A DNA stretch of 64,000 nucleotides from the human T2T-CHM13v2.0 reference genome, Homo sapiens: the NCBI RefSeq assembly GCF_009914755.1, contig NC_060932.1, one strand, 5' to 3'. Shown piece by piece: positions 15,238 to 29,817 of this stretch. The position numbers and the translations under genes were made by a program. The notes beneath the pieces are model-generated. The model searched no databases. It had not been told where the DNA came from and worked only from the letters and a program-made list of their open reading frames with translations. Within the stretch, counting starts at the first letter, position 1, and each line of letters begins with the position of its first letter.

Positions 15238-15550
15238 AACATTTTTTCTCTTAACCGTTTGTCAGACAGAATCAATAGCAATTTTATTACAGACCCTACG
15301 AAGTCCCATGTTTTTTGGTGTCCATTTTAATCTATTTTTACAAAGGACTCCAGTCAATCCTTATTTTCTAATAGAATACCAGACAACACAGTGAGACCAC
15401 CTGGACACTTTCCTCACCACGATTTTACCAGGGTGCTAAATAGCTTTTGTATGATGAAATTTTGGCAAAATAATTTTATGTCTCTATTATTTATGTCATA
15501 TGAAAGTTGGAGTTTTCTGGTGGCCATATTTTTTCTTATAACCTAGAACA

Positions 15551-15862
15551 TTTCTTTTTCTTTCTTTTTTTTTTTTTTTGAGACAGAGTCTCACTCTGTC
15601 ACCCAGGCTGGGGTGCAGTGGTGTAATCTTGGCTCACTGGAACCTTCACCTCCCAGGTCCAAGTGATTCTCATGCCTCAGCCTCCTGAGAAGCTGGGACT
15701 ACAGGCATGCACCACTATGCCTGGCTAATTTTTTATATTCTTAGTAGAGATGGGGTTTTGCCATGTTGGCCAGGCTGGTCTCGAACTCCTGACATCAGGT
15801 GATCCACCTGCCTCGGCCTCCAAAAGTGCTGTGATTACAGGTGTGAGCCACTGTGCCTGGCC
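15551..15862 (-). mobile_element. AluS
   Basis: Full antisense dimer; TAGAACATT on both flanks. Confidence 0.93.
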
Positions 15863-16824
15863 TAGAACATTCCTTATGTGTCCCTCTCTGCTTCCACAAG
15901 CCCACACTAAATGGGCAAGATGGGGAGCAGTGTGTGGGGGTGGTGGGGATGGAGACTTCGATGGTGCTGACCTACTAGAACATTCCTAGGTTCCCATTAT
16001 AAACTTGAAATAGGGCTTCTTTCTGAGAGACACAAAGTAAATTTTTCTCCCTGGCAGAAGGATAGATTTATTAAGCTGCTGCTTTTTATTAAAGTAACAT
16101 AGAAACTTTAAAATCCTGCCATGGTGTCAAGGACTGGGCTCGCAGGATCCCTGGCAGGAGAAGGTCTCCACCTCATCTGAAGCATGAGGGTAAGTGCTGG
16201 CCAAGAGCATCTGTATGTTAAGGTTGCCAGAGAAAGCAGCAATTGACCTCTGGTGTTTGTTTTGCAACCAACAAAGGGCAAGAGGAAACTTTTCTGAAAT
16301 GTTTGCTTCAGGGTGTGATGATGAAACCACTGTTGGCTTCTCTTAGAAAACCTGTTCAATCTGAGAGCAGAAAAATCTTTCCTTTTGATTATAAAAAAGA
16401 GGGAAGACTTTGATAATGTCAAATATGGGCAAGGTGGTGGCTTTCTGCGTCCTCCCTGGTAGGACATGGCAGCTCTGCTGGCAGGGATGGTGATGCCTTT
16501 CCTGACTACCAATTAAACCAGCCCTTCTCCAGCAGCCTGGCCAGGTGAAGAGGGGACCTGGGGCAGCAGAGATCAGCTCTGACAGTGGAGGACGTGCACC
16601 AGACAGGGCTCTCATCCCAAACAGGCTTGATACATTTCTTTCCCAGAAAAGATTGAATTAGAAGAGAATGTTTTAAGGTGAGTTAGGAAAAAGCATTTTA
16701 ATGATAACCGAAGAAGATAGATTAAGGCTAAATTAAATCACCAAGAGTGGTTAAGGAAGTGAAAAAAGAGCCAAATTATACCTAGATGTGTATCATTTCC
16801 TGAGTTACTTTGCATTTCGGTCTA

Positions 16825-17160
16825 CTCTTTTCTCTTCTCTTCTCTTTTCTTCTCTTCTCTTCTCTTTTCTTTTCTTTTGAGACAGAGTCTTGCTCTGTCG
16901 CCCAGGCTAGAGTGCAGTGGCACGATCTCGACTCACTGCAATCTTCACTTCCCAGGTTCAAGGGATTCTCATGTCTCAGCCTCCTGAGTAGCTGGCATTA
17001 CAAGCGCCTGCCTCCACACCTGGCTAATTTTTGTATTGTTAGTAGAGACAGGTTTTTCCCATATTGGCCAGGCTGGTCTCAAACTCCTGACCTCAGGTGA
17101 TCCACCCTCCTCGGCCTTCCAAAGTTCTGGGATTATAGGTGTGAGTCACCGTGCCCAGCC
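16825..17160 (-). mobile_element. AluS with (CTCTT)n tail
   Basis: Full antisense dimer, with the pentamer repeat replacing poly(A). Confidence 0.93.
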
Positions 17161-17163
17161 TCC

Positions 17164-17393
17164 TTTTTCCCTTTTTTGAGACAGGGTCTCACTTTGTGGC
17201 CCAGGCTGGAGTGCAGTAGCATGAACATGGCTCACTGCAGCTTCAACCTCCTGGGTTCAAGCGATTCTCCTGCCTCAGCCTCCCAAGTAGCTGGGACTAG
17301 AGGTGCATGGCATCACCCCCTGTTAATTTTTGTATTTTTTGTAGAGACCTCCCAAAGTGCTGAGGTTACAGGTGTGAGCCATTGCACCTGGCC
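17164..17393 (-). mobile_element. AluJ-like copy with an internal deletion in the left arm
   Basis: GTAGAGAC is joined directly to CTCCCAAAGTG, so roughly 70 bp including the B box is missing. Confidence 0.85.
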
Positions 17394-17424
17394 TCAATCT
17401 CCTTTTAAAACATGATGTTCTGTT

Positions 17425-17442
17425 CTTTCTTTCTTTCTTTTT

Positions 17443-17501
<59 letters not shown>

Positions 17502-17576
17502 CTCTCTCTCTTTTTCTCTCTTTCTCTCTTTCTCTCTTTCTTTCTTTCTTTCTTTCTTTCTCTCTTTCTCTCTTTC

Positions 17577-17656
<80 letters not shown>

Positions 17657-17788
17657 TTCTTTTCTTTTTGTAGCGATAAGTTCTTGCCATGTTGCCCAGG
17701 CTGGTCTCAAAGTCCTGGCCTCAAACAATCTCTCCACCTCAGCCTCCCAAAGTGCTGGGATTACAGGTGTGAGCCACAACGCCTGGCT
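17425..17788 (-). mobile_element. FLAM/AluJ left monomer with a ~245 bp (TTTC)n/(TC)n tail
   Basis: Monomer 17669-17788; complex tetranucleotide STR 17425-17668; AAAACATG on both flanks. Confidence 0.88.
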
Positions 17789-19744
17789 GAAAACATGGTA
17801 CTCTTCAGCATGGTTGCATTGAACAGCCTTAGTCCTAGATGAGAAGCAGGATTCCTGAGTGGAAGAGTATATTGGTATTTTCATGTCAGGTGAAACACAG
17901 CTAAAGGAACGCTTCTCGTCAGATTATGGGGTAACCTGATTGCAGTGTCTAAGGGGATTAAATAGCTCCTTAAATTCCAAACCGTCACTGATGATTAGAC
18001 AGTAGGGTCCCAAACCTGGTGCTTGAGTTTATCACCCTGCCGAAGATGGATAGGACATCTCGAATAAGACAGCCATAAAGTACTTGGGCAATTTCTCAAA
18101 GCTGCAGCTGGGCCCTCTCCCTCTGACCTGTGGATACCAGAGAGTCTTGGCCAGCTCTGCAGAGCTGTCCCAGCCTGGGTGGGTTTTAAATGATGTGGGG
18201 TGAGTGGAGGTAGGCACGATTCCCTGGAAATGCTTCTCAAGTTGGTGTGCAGTATGAGTGCCGAGTGCCAAGTACCAAAGAAGGAAGGGGAAAATAATTA
18301 GAAATGGGGCATTTTCCCACATGTTTCCAGGGAGCTTTGCTGTTTTCACCTTGGGACGTAGGTTAATGCAGTTTTCCAACCAGCTGCACAGCGCAACCCA
18401 AACCTGGCCTTTGAAGTACCCAGTGCTTATATAGACAATAGACAATGCAACTCGGGAAATACCTCGAGGTATTAGACTTCATTTAGGAAAAAAATTGAGA
18501 GAACATCTAACTATCTCTGAAGTGTTGATATGGAAATCCCAGCGTAATGTTCTATTACTTTTTTTTCCCTGATTCCTATTTGGATAGACTCCAATGACAT
18601 GCAGAAAAAGTACAGTCCTACTTTATATTCATTAGAGACTCGAGGAGCCCAGAAGACAAATAGTCCCTGTGGAGGGACCATGTCTTTAGGGTGGCCCACT
18701 GGATTGAGGTCAATTGTCACAAAAGAGACCAGAAAGGCAGAATGAGCTGCTTTGCTTTTTGAAAGTAAAGCAAATTACTCTGTTGCCTTGTATTAACATA
18801 TACCTCTGTGGATTCCTAAGTATTCTTGTTTCTGGGTGTATCTGTATGTATTTGTGATTTTATGCCTACCTCTTTAACTTAGGAAAATAGCAAATGCAAC
18901 TTGAGATAGAAAGTCCCCAAATCTTGGGTTTTGTTTCTAGCTCTTACTGACTTCATGGAATGACCTTGTGCTGGACATTGACACATGCTGTTTGCCTGCT
19001 GCTCCAGTATGTTATGAGAAAAGGCTAATAAAGTATAATCACAACGTCCTAAAAATGTCAAGTCCATGCCCCTTGGGCCTCCCATAACTATTCTCATCTG
19101 CAAAATGGACCTGGTAACTCTGCGCCCTGCCTTCCCCACACAGATGTTAGGAAGCTGGGCTGCAGAACATCTGTAAAGCAGTTTTAGATTTTGGAACATG
19201 GGAACAATAAATGACCATAACAGCTATTTATCATGAAAGAGGAGATGACGATATATTCTATATTTCAAGCCCCACTTCTCTCATCTACTTGAAAATAGTT
19301 TTGCTCACGATTGAGGCCATCAGTTAAGGAGGTATAAGTGTACAAAATGCAGAGTAAGGGAGGAAATTTTGACTTAAAACTTTGCCACCCTGGGTGAAAA
19401 TTAACTCTCTGAAAGGATGTGGAAGTGTATATTCATGAGCTGAACGTATCACTGTAGCTTATAAAGAAGAAGAGAATGCTATTGAGTCTGATGCAGAATA
19501 AAGTGGGGAATGGCAGGTGCCAAGAATCAGGGACTCTAACTTGGCCAGAACCCGAGTCAGTTGAACTGGGTTACTGTTTGGGGACCTTTGCGGACCTTAG
19601 TAGGGTGGGGATGACTTAGCAGGCAACGTCTTCAGAAGCAGAAAATTATGTCCTAGTAAACATCACAAAATTCAGCAAAGTTTAAATCCTAGAGGATCAT
19701 GGACAATATCTTTGTAGACCAACTGGCTGGTCTTTGACCAAGCA

Positions 19745-19812
19745 TGTGTGTATATATGTATGTGTATATATGTGTGTATATATGTATATATGTATGTATA
19801 TATGCATGTGTG
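19745..19812. repeat. (TA/TG)n microsatellite
   Basis: Alternating purine-pyrimidine run. Confidence 0.85.
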
Positions 19813-20221
19813 GGTGTCCATCCAAGGAGAAGCAAAACAATTGCTTTCAAAGATAAGTAAACAACATTTGGGGATAGCCCATGCTGAAAGTGGTTAAATC
19901 AATCATCCCATCCTTCCGGAGTCTATGGTCTCATTTATTTAGTCCTCAAATATATGCAAAGTAAAAATACTTATATTTAATATAGTCAAGTCAGTGCTTT
20001 GTTTGCATCCAAGGCACTAAGATGAAAATGGTCTCTGTCCTCTAGGAGCTTGCAACTTAGTAGGGGATTTAAGACTTTTCCATAATTAGTTAATTTCTCC
20101 AATTAAATTAAAATCCTCTCCTGTCTCTTTCCCTACCCACTAACTTTGTCAGAAGTCCAATATCACCATCTTACGGCTCTCTTGCTCCATCCTCAGAACC
20201 ATCTAAAGAAAACTCCTCCAA

Positions 20222-20533
20222 GGCTGGGTGCAGTGGCTCATGCCTGTAGTCCCAGTGCTTTGGGAGGCTGAGGCAGGAGGATCACTTGAGGCCAGGAGTT
20301 TGACATCAGCCTGGGTAATACAGTGAGATCCTGTCTCTACAAAATTAAAAAAAAAAATAGGTCTGTGGCAGCACATGCCTATAGTCCTAGCTGCTGGGGA
20401 GGCTAAGGCTGGAGGCTCGTTTGAGCCCAGGAGTTGGAGGCTGCAATGAGCTATAATTGCACCACTGCCCTCCAGCCTAGGTAACAGTGAGATCCTGTCT
20501 CTAAAAATAATAAATAACTATATAAATAAAGTG
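20222..20533 (+). mobile_element. AluJ
   Basis: GGAGGATCACTTGAGGCCAGGAG, GAGGCTGCAATGAGCTATAATTG; degenerate TSD AAAACTCCTCCAA / AAAACCCCTCTAA. Confidence 0.93.
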
Positions 20534-23500
20534 AATAAAACCCCTCTAATAAAGGAGATCCTTGTGATCCCTCCTGCAAACAGGTAAGAGACCGGGTCTG
20601 TCCTTGGGCTGCCCCTGCCCCTGCCGTTGTCCCTCACTGCCACACGGTGCCACTGTTGAATGGGCATAGTGGCTTTTTTCAGGCAGGTAAGTCCCAGCTG
20701 ATTCCACTTCCTAAATTATCCCCTGTTCTCATTGGGTTTCTAGACGACAGCCCTCAGTGCCCAGCCATTTGGGTTCTATACAGTCCTCCTCCTCACCTTG
20801 GGGAGCTGTGCCAGGAAGGTTCAGGAGTCAGCCCCCTGCCAGGCTCATGGATGCTGCCTTTCAACCCGAGAAATGCCAGCGTTTCTCACCAGTCACTCCA
20901 CCCACTTCCTGCCTCCCTTAAATAAACTCCTTTCCTCAAAGGTGTTCCTAGCCACCAGAAACACAAAACAATGGCTTCCCTTCACTTGAAGGAAAGCCTT
21001 CTCTATCACAGGGATGAGTCACCTTCCAAAGAATGCGCAGGGATAATCACCAGGACCCCTCTTGCTAACTCGGTAAAAAACAAACACAGGTTCGGTTTCC
21101 AGCATGACTCTCCGCTAAGCATATAAAGAAATAGTTTAAACTGGGCAGAATGCAATAGCTGATGGGAGAATTGCAAAGAAAGAGTGATGGGAACACAGAT
21201 TAGCGAACATTGATGTCAATTTGGAGTAATCTGGGAAGACCAGATTGGGGAGGCATTTGTGCTGACCTTTGATATGCAATAGGATTTGACAGATGAATGT
21301 GGTAGGAAAGGGTATTTGCAACCCAAGGGGGTAAGACAAACGAATGCACAGAGGTGGGCAAAACGCGTGTCATATTTGATGCCCAGGGGTGGGTGGTGGT
21401 AGTGGAAGTGGGGAACTTTGTGTGTTATAGTGTGGGGGCCATGTGGGGAGATATGGAAGTTGAAGTCTGGGGCTTAGAATGCCCTGGAAGACAACTAAAG
21501 ATCTGGCCTGTTTTCCTTTTATGTTACTGTATCTGCTGATCAGCTCAAATCGAGAATAAACAAATCAAGGAATGAACACAGAAGCTAAAAGTTGAAAACA
21601 AAGGTTGAAATTGAGTTGCTTTAATGTAGCCAAATCCTACATTTTTATTAAAAAAAAATTCTCAAAGAAAAAAAGCTGAACTTGTAGATTTCAGTAAGGT
21701 GAAATAGAATGTTTGGAGAATTTCAATAAAACACTGAATTAATAAGTCTTATTTTCCCCACGATTTCAAACCATTTTTGAGTTGTGTAAACAGTCAATAC
21801 TTCACTGTTATGTCCTTGAACTGAGTCCTTTTAGTGTTCAGAAAGAGACATTTAGAAGAAAATGACACAAAAATTTCTTCCTCAAACCACCTTGTTGAAG
21901 TTTCTCCAGGGACCAAAGTCGATGATTTGTAAATTCCTTTACTCTTAAAATAAAAGGCATTTTCATAAAAGAAAAGGTGATGGCCAAAGACAGAAACCAT
22001 TATGCACACCGTCACCTATTCAGGAGGGAAAATAGTCACAGGGAAGATGTCATTTATTCTCTTCCTCACGGTGCTCGACTGTCTTACATTCAAAAACATT
22101 CTATGAAGACAAGGACATCCATAAGTAACAATAAAAGCCCTTTTGCAGCTGTTTTAAAGAGTTGTAGGAGTTGAGGATCTCACAGTGTTAATAGGACCAT
22201 CTTATGCTTTAGTCAGGAGGCTTTCTTACCCGGCATCTCGTTTGCTTCCCTGGTAGCAGTCCCAGGGAAGGTGGTAGGACAATGACTCTTAATTTTGATT
22301 TTATAGCTGACAAAACCAAGCCCTTCAGCAGCGACAGGACTGAACCAGTGTTTCTCAGTGAGTCGACGCAGGGCCAGAAAAGATTTGGAGACCAGATCTC
22401 TTCAAGCTCACCTGGGCATATTCTCGCCCTGCTGCTCCCAGCTGTCCCACCAGACTGTTGCCCTGCGGGACTGAAAAATTTCTTGAGGGTGGGAATTGCA
22501 TCTTAACCATCTTTTTATCCTTCCACAGTACCCTCCCCATAACAGGTGTTCCATAAATGTTAATTAAATAAGGGCTGTAAGTCCTGGAGTCTAAATGGCT
22601 CTAAATTAGATTTTCAAAGCTTTCTGGGTCCTTGCATATTTCTAGAAAAAAGAAAAAAGAAAAACTTTCACTTTCTTAATCTGGCAGTGAAGAAAGAGAA
22701 TATTAGTTGGCTTCATTCCCTGGGATATTCAGAAACAAATATTGAGGACTACTGGAAGCTGAGGGTTACGTGCAGGATAAACAGCAATAATGAATGGATC
22801 TAGAATACAATTCAGTCTCTTGTTTATATATGTCTGTTCCTTCTGGCTCAAGGGTTTTAAAATGACCTTTCCTAGCAAGATCTGGAAATGAATAGTCTTT
22901 TCTTTTTTTCAAGCAGTTCTTGTATTTCCTGAAGTCAGTTACCATGTGTCCTTTGACAAATGAGTTGCAGGAGTGTTGACCTTACCTTGAAGAATACTTT
23001 CTCCTGTATTTTTTACTTTCACCGTATGACCACTTTTTACTCCTGCAGAGTTGGATGCAAATAAGACCCATCCCCTAAGTAATTGTGAAGTGGGCAGTTT
23101 TTTTTCAATATATATGTTTCTTTTCTTTGCATGATTGTGGGAAAGGGGAGAGGGGACTTGGAGAGGAAGAAGCTTGTCCTGAAGATGAGGTCAGCTATGT
23201 CTGGGCAGCAGGACCCCAGGAGGCTGGGCTTGGGTCAGCAACAGCAAGGGGCTGTGTGAGACTCTAATTAGCATCCCCTTGTCTGGCTACCCTAGACATC
23301 CATCTACTGCCATAGCTTTAAACCAGCTATCACCAAGGGTTCTACCCGTTCCATATTCATTCATTTATTGTTTAATAGAACGTATCATGCACATAATATA
23401 AAATTTGGAAAGAGCAGAAAGAAGAAAACATTTATGCAAGCCTCACTCACCCCAAGCAACTGTCTGTAAACACTTTTAGTTCTCAGGTTTTTTTCTAGGC

Positions 23501-25394
23501 ATGGATACTGAGAGATTTCATACGTGGCAATCATACCGTGTAAGTAATTGAGTAAATTGCTGTTAGATGCCTGTATCTGTTGAGAAGAGTTGCAAACAAG
23601 ATAAAGAAATAAAGTCCTTTCTCTCCATGCTCTTAATGCATAAATCTGGTTGCCTGTCTTGGAATAGGTTCATAGGAAGGATGTTATGGGTTCAAAGGGT
23701 ATATTTTAGAGGAGAGATAAATTTAAGTGAGGGTGAGGGTGCAGGGAAGTGTTTCCTTTTGAGCCACCTCCCCTTCATTTAGTTTATCAGTTATTTCGCT
23801 CATGCATGGTTTCAGGCAACCACCTCACAGTAACACCTTTGGAGAGCCTTGAGGTGCATAACCCGAAGCAGTGGCTGGAACGGGTGGCTCAGCCAGAGGA
23901 GCTCCAGGCCTGCAGATCTGGATTGGAGTCACTCACCCTGGAAATTCAGCTTGCCTTCGTGAGAGCCACTCGGGAGTGCTTATGAGCCGAGCTGAGAAGG
24001 GCCCGGGCCACCCTGACTGGTGGAGGTTTGATTGGGAGATTTTAAATATCTAACCTTGAGAGCTCCTGCCTATAAAGACATCGAGCGTCACTCCTTCTGT
24101 TACTTTGGTTTGGTCACCAGGAGAATCTGATTCCTTCAACTGCCTCACACCATAATCAATGGATGACTTGGTTATTCTGTTTGTCCTTATTCTTATGAAG
24201 CCTAGAGACTCATGGGGAAGCCATTCCTGAAACAATGGCAAGCAAATAAATAGATTTTTCTAAGCTGTTATCACAGTTCAGGTGTTAGGGAGAAAATGTC
24301 CAGGGTGCCACAAAAACATATAATCGGGAAACTCCAGTGGATCTGAGGTGGAGTGGGCGCGAAAGGTTTCCCCAGTGCCATTACCACTGAGCTATATTCT
24401 GAAGAATGACGAGCAGCTCATAGGCCAAGGTGGTGTGGAGAAGGGGGTGTAGAGATGGTTTCAGCAGATCAAACAGTAGCTGTGCAAGCCAAATTGCAAA
24501 GAAGCAGTTGTTATCACTACTGGCCACCAAAGAGAAGTTGGCTTCATCTGGAAGCAGAGGATGTGCCTGGGAAGCAGGGTGGCCAACTTGTCCCTGTTTT
24601 CAGATTGAAAATCCCACATCATGGGCACCTTCCTCAGCCCCATGCAAACTGGGAAGTTGGTCATCTTAAAAGTACCCTCTGATTCATTTTAATGAATTGG
24701 CTTTCTGAGTGTCAAGGGTTGTTTGGTTAGACATTGTCCTGCTCTGTCAATGGACCTCTCTTAGAATGTAAATCCTGTGGGAAGAACATGATGCCGTTAG
24801 CCACCCACTTCTTAGTATAAATCAGCTTATCTGAAGTCTAAATTATTTACAAGTTAGACTCTGGCCTATGAGGATGCACTGAGATGTGGAAGGGAACGGG
24901 AACATGGAAGAAGATGTTTTTAACATAGAGAGGAAGAAAATAAGAGAGCGATGAAGACATGCTTGACTTGCATCATTATTTTACCTGTGAGTAGGTTACC
25001 TTAGGCCTATACTCACTATGCCTCAACTCTTATCTATAAGATGAGAGTAATAAAGTTCTTGTTCAAGTAAGAAATGACATAGGTGGTAGGCCTGTGGAAC
25101 TTGTGGTCAATGCTACATGACAGCAGGAACCTTTGTTTTCTGTTCTCAGCTCCAGGGAAAACCTCTCCTCAAAGTAGCCTTGGGATCCGTTTGTGAGATG
25201 CAAGTCACTGTTGAAAACAGTGACAATGAGGGTCTTCCTGCATTTTCAAAAACCTGTGGACTTTTCTCAAATTCAGCTTCAAGGAGTAGAGAGTATGAGG
25301 GCCTATACTTGTACGGGGCTCATAAAGCAATTTCATTCACGTTATCTTCTTAGAACGTTATACAAATCCGAGGAAAAATTCCATCAGCCAATAC

Positions 25395-25600
25395 TTACCA
25401 ACATTTGCTCTGTGACAAGTTCCATTCTAGGTGCTTTACTTGAACCAGGTAATTTAATCCTCACAATAACCTGATGAGGTAGGTACTATTACCAACCCAT
25501 TTTACATATGAGCAAGCTAAGGCCGGAAAGCCCAAGTAATGTGCGCAAGGTCACACAGTTATTAAATGTGGCAGCCAGGAGTTGAATCCAATCACAATGG
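25395..25600 (-). mobile_element. MIR
   Basis: TTTAATCCTCACAATAACCTGATGAGGTAGGTACTATT...AAGGTCACACAG. Confidence 0.85.
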
Positions 25601-26521
25601 TGCTGGAACCATCTACAACTGGGAGGAGGTATTGTTACCACTTCTATTTTACAGCAGAGGAACCCCTGCATACCTGGGGCCCATCAGGAAACCCTGACTG
25701 TTACAGAAGGGCCAGACTCAGGCCCTTACATTAGAAAAGGACTCCCGTTGCCCTGCTGACCCTTTGCACAGGATGACACATGTGCCTTTTGTTTTCTGTA
25801 AAGCTACCAACTGCCCTGTGTAAAGGAAATCAATCTGAGGTCCCTTGGAAGGGGAAATGTAGAGGGAAGGTCCTGGAATGGAAAGGAGCAGAACAGGCTG
25901 TGCATTTGCAGTTGGAGCATCACAGATCCACAATGAAGAGGGCAAAGTAAGGCTGGCCAGGGCTGCACAGCAGAGAGGATGTGCCTGGAAATGGGTGACA
26001 GTGCACTCAAGGAGAAGCATGGAGGGAGGACATGTCATCACCTGTTTAATTCCACTTCTTGGGCTTAGTTTAGTTGGGCATAGCTCCCCTTCCTCCCCTT
26101 GGCTGATCAATGAATGAGAGAAAGAGCTCTGCAGCGCATTGTGTTAGCAGCAAGCTCGACTCCAGAACTTTGAAGTCCATAAGCACATTGAGTGACTACT
26201 CCTGAGTTTGCAGGAAATGAGGAGGGGAAGAGAGTGCAGAAGCACCAATTCCAAGTTCTTTACTCTTCTCAATTCTTAGAAGCTGTAGAACTTGAACCTG
26301 CAAATCTAGTAGGTCAGATCCTCCTACCTAACGAATCCTCTCTGGCAATTCCCTGAATCAGCTTGGTCTCTCCATCATGGTAACGCTCTCCGTTGCCTTT
26401 CTCAACTGAGAATTTGGTGGGTGCTGAGATTTGGCAATCTTTAATATTAGTCTAACTCAATTTAATTAAGGAGATAAACTTTGAGACAGAGAAGGAGGAA
26501 TAGTTGTTTTGTGATGAATTC

Positions 26522-26987
26522 TATAATATATTATATGTATAATATATAATATATTATATATGATATGTATAATATATATAATATATATAATATATTATAT
26601 ATATTATATATGATATATATATCATATATGATATATATATGATATAATATATATAATATATTATATATTATATATGATATATTATATATATTATATTATA
26701 TCATATATATTATATATATGATATATTATATCATATATTATATATCATATATAATATATATAATATATTATATATGATATATAATATATATAATATATTA
26801 TATATTATATATGATATATAATATATATAATATATTATATATTATACATATCATATATAATATATAATATATTATATATTATACATATCATATATAATAT
26901 ATAATATATTATATATTATACATATCATATATAATATATATAAAATATATTATATATATAATATAATATAATATAATATAATATAAT
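26522..26987. repeat. AT-rich quasi-palindromic minisatellite
   Basis: Almost only A/T; units such as ATATGATATATAATATATATAATATATTAT and their near reverse complements. Confidence 0.95.
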
Positions 26988-29189
26988 ATGAATTCCAGAC
27001 TATTTCCATGGAAAATTAGAAGTTGAGTGTGTAGCCATTTAGAGAGTCCTGATGAATAGAATAAATATTTGGTTCACTTTCTATGGTTATCTTCTAGTTT
27101 CTGACTTCCACTAATAACATATATGTAAATAAATGAATACCTAAACCACTGCCCACTCAGGTTATTCATTTGCAGACTGTGTCTTATATCACTATGTTTT
27201 CAGGTGACTTAAGTCTCCCTCCCCCCATGGAGTTCATTTATTTGTCCAAAGTAAACTCTCAGAAGCATAATAAAAGGCTGTGCTCCAGGTTTACAGACTC
27301 CAGGTCCTAAGGACTTCAGAGAGCATTTGATTACCACCAAGAGACGCTTCGTAAGAGCTTCCCAAATGTTCTCCAGGAAGAAATGCCTCATCATTTAGGG
27401 AGATGCCCCATTAGAACCTTTGCCCTTTGCTCCTATCATTAGCTTTTCTTTTCTTCCTTTTTTGAAAAGCAGCGAAGTGACATTTTCCCACATTCCTCTG
27501 CAATGCTGTGTACCTGCACACAAGTTGGCAAGAAGGCGAGAGAGGTGGGGGAAACTTAAGTGGAAACAAATGTGAAGGTGACTATTTGCTGGTGCTGTGG
27601 AATGAAATTCCAGAAGGCAGCCTGGCGGTGCATCCAGGGACAGCAGAATCATTGAGAAAAAGTACCAGCTCTGGCACTGGGATAAAGAATTGTCAGGATT
27701 TCCTTTTCTATTTTTCACCCTTTTGATGGACTTGTGAGTACTTTTGTTTGCGACTAAGCCGTTCATTTCTATCTGTGTGCAATGCAGTGCAATGTTTCAG
27801 GCACTGCGGGGGACCTTGTCTCTCTCCCACCAGAAGTTGTAGTATAATTCAGGGCTTTCTTTTCTTTTCTTTTCTTTTTAAATAGTATTGTGTGGTCCTG
27901 AGCAGAGTGAATAGTTCAGCTAATAAATTCCTCAGACCCTTTAGCACAGAGGTGAGAGCTCCGTTGCTCACATGGGTCCCCAAGCCTTGACCTGTTGAGC
28001 CCTTTGCCACACTATAGCAGAGTCTTTTCATATTAATACTAATTTATCATTATTCCATTTAAATGCTCTTTTTTTTTGTCTGAGAGAAAGAGACAGAAAA
28101 CATCTGCATATCGAGTAATATTAGCTACAGTTGGTGTCTCAAGTGAGAATCAATCTGACAGCCCCATTTATTATATCTGGGTAGGCTTTATTTCAGAGAC
28201 TCGTGCATTTGAACTTTCCCTCCGCAAGATATGAAATAGTCTCTGATGTATTCATAGCTGGCTTTAAAAACAACATTTTGAAATACAAGAGAGATTGCAT
28301 CTATAGATAACATTTCAGTTATAATAAGAGAGGCCAAATGTTAGCCAGATTTAAACCAACAGCAACAATACAGATATTTAAAGGTGTTGTTAGTTAGGAA
28401 GCCTTATGGTTCATGTTTACAGCTGCGTTCTTTTGTTTCCTGACTGTGTTGTCAGCATTCATGTGGTTGTTTTTGATTCATCATGTCTAGTGCATTGCCC
28501 TCCTCAATCATTAGGCTAATAGCTCAGGTCATTTTTAAGAGCAATGCCATGATCCATTTCCCTTTGGGTAGGGCTGGCCATTGAGGTTAAAACATGCCAT
28601 TGTTAAAACAAACCAAATTACCACCACCACTACCAAAACCTCCAAACAGAGTTTTTCCCATCAATTTGAAAATCAGCCTTTTGAGACTTAGTACGGTACA
28701 CTGGGGTAGTTATAGTAAATGTTCAAATAATTGGCCTATCAGTTAACTTTGCTCATTGTCAGTTAATTAGGACTTGAACCCTTATAAATCAGAGGTGCCC
28801 ATGTTAGTATATGTGTTAATGTGTTTCTCAGGCAGCAGGATGGTTAGTAACTATTACTTCTGTATCCCTACTTGATAAAAAAAAAACAAGGATGGCTCTC
28901 CCTCTAACTCTACTGAGTCAAATGGCTCTGCAGGTGATCTTGGTGGCCCTGAACCTGGGACACAATTCCTTCACTGAGGCCTGAAAACCAAGCAAGTTTC
29001 ATACTGGGTTATTTCTCTTTGTCTTCCCTCTTTACTTGTATTATTTTTTAAATGAGTTTCAGTACTCAACACCAGGAAACAGAAAATAAAACAGGGCTCC
29101 TGTTCAATGGACTGGTAGTCAGCACGCAATTGTTTATGTAAAACTGTGAAAGTCCAATACTTTTTTTTTTTTATGTCAAGGTGTCTTAA

Positions 29190-29501
<312 letters not shown>

Positions 29502-29510
29502 TAGACTTGA

Positions 29511-29817
<307 letters not shown>

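Noticed and set aside
15951-15971. REST/RE1-like motif (GGTGCTGA)
   Set aside because: Only one half-site matches.
17394-17884. KKER-rich and FLSF-rich ORFs
   Set aside because: Translations of the (TTTC)n microsatellite and the adjacent Alu.
18972-19066. TGGACATTGACA...TGTCAAGTCCA inverted ends, possible MITE or pre-miRNA
   Set aside because: Only about 11 bp of pairing with a bulge, no internal stem and no clear TSD.
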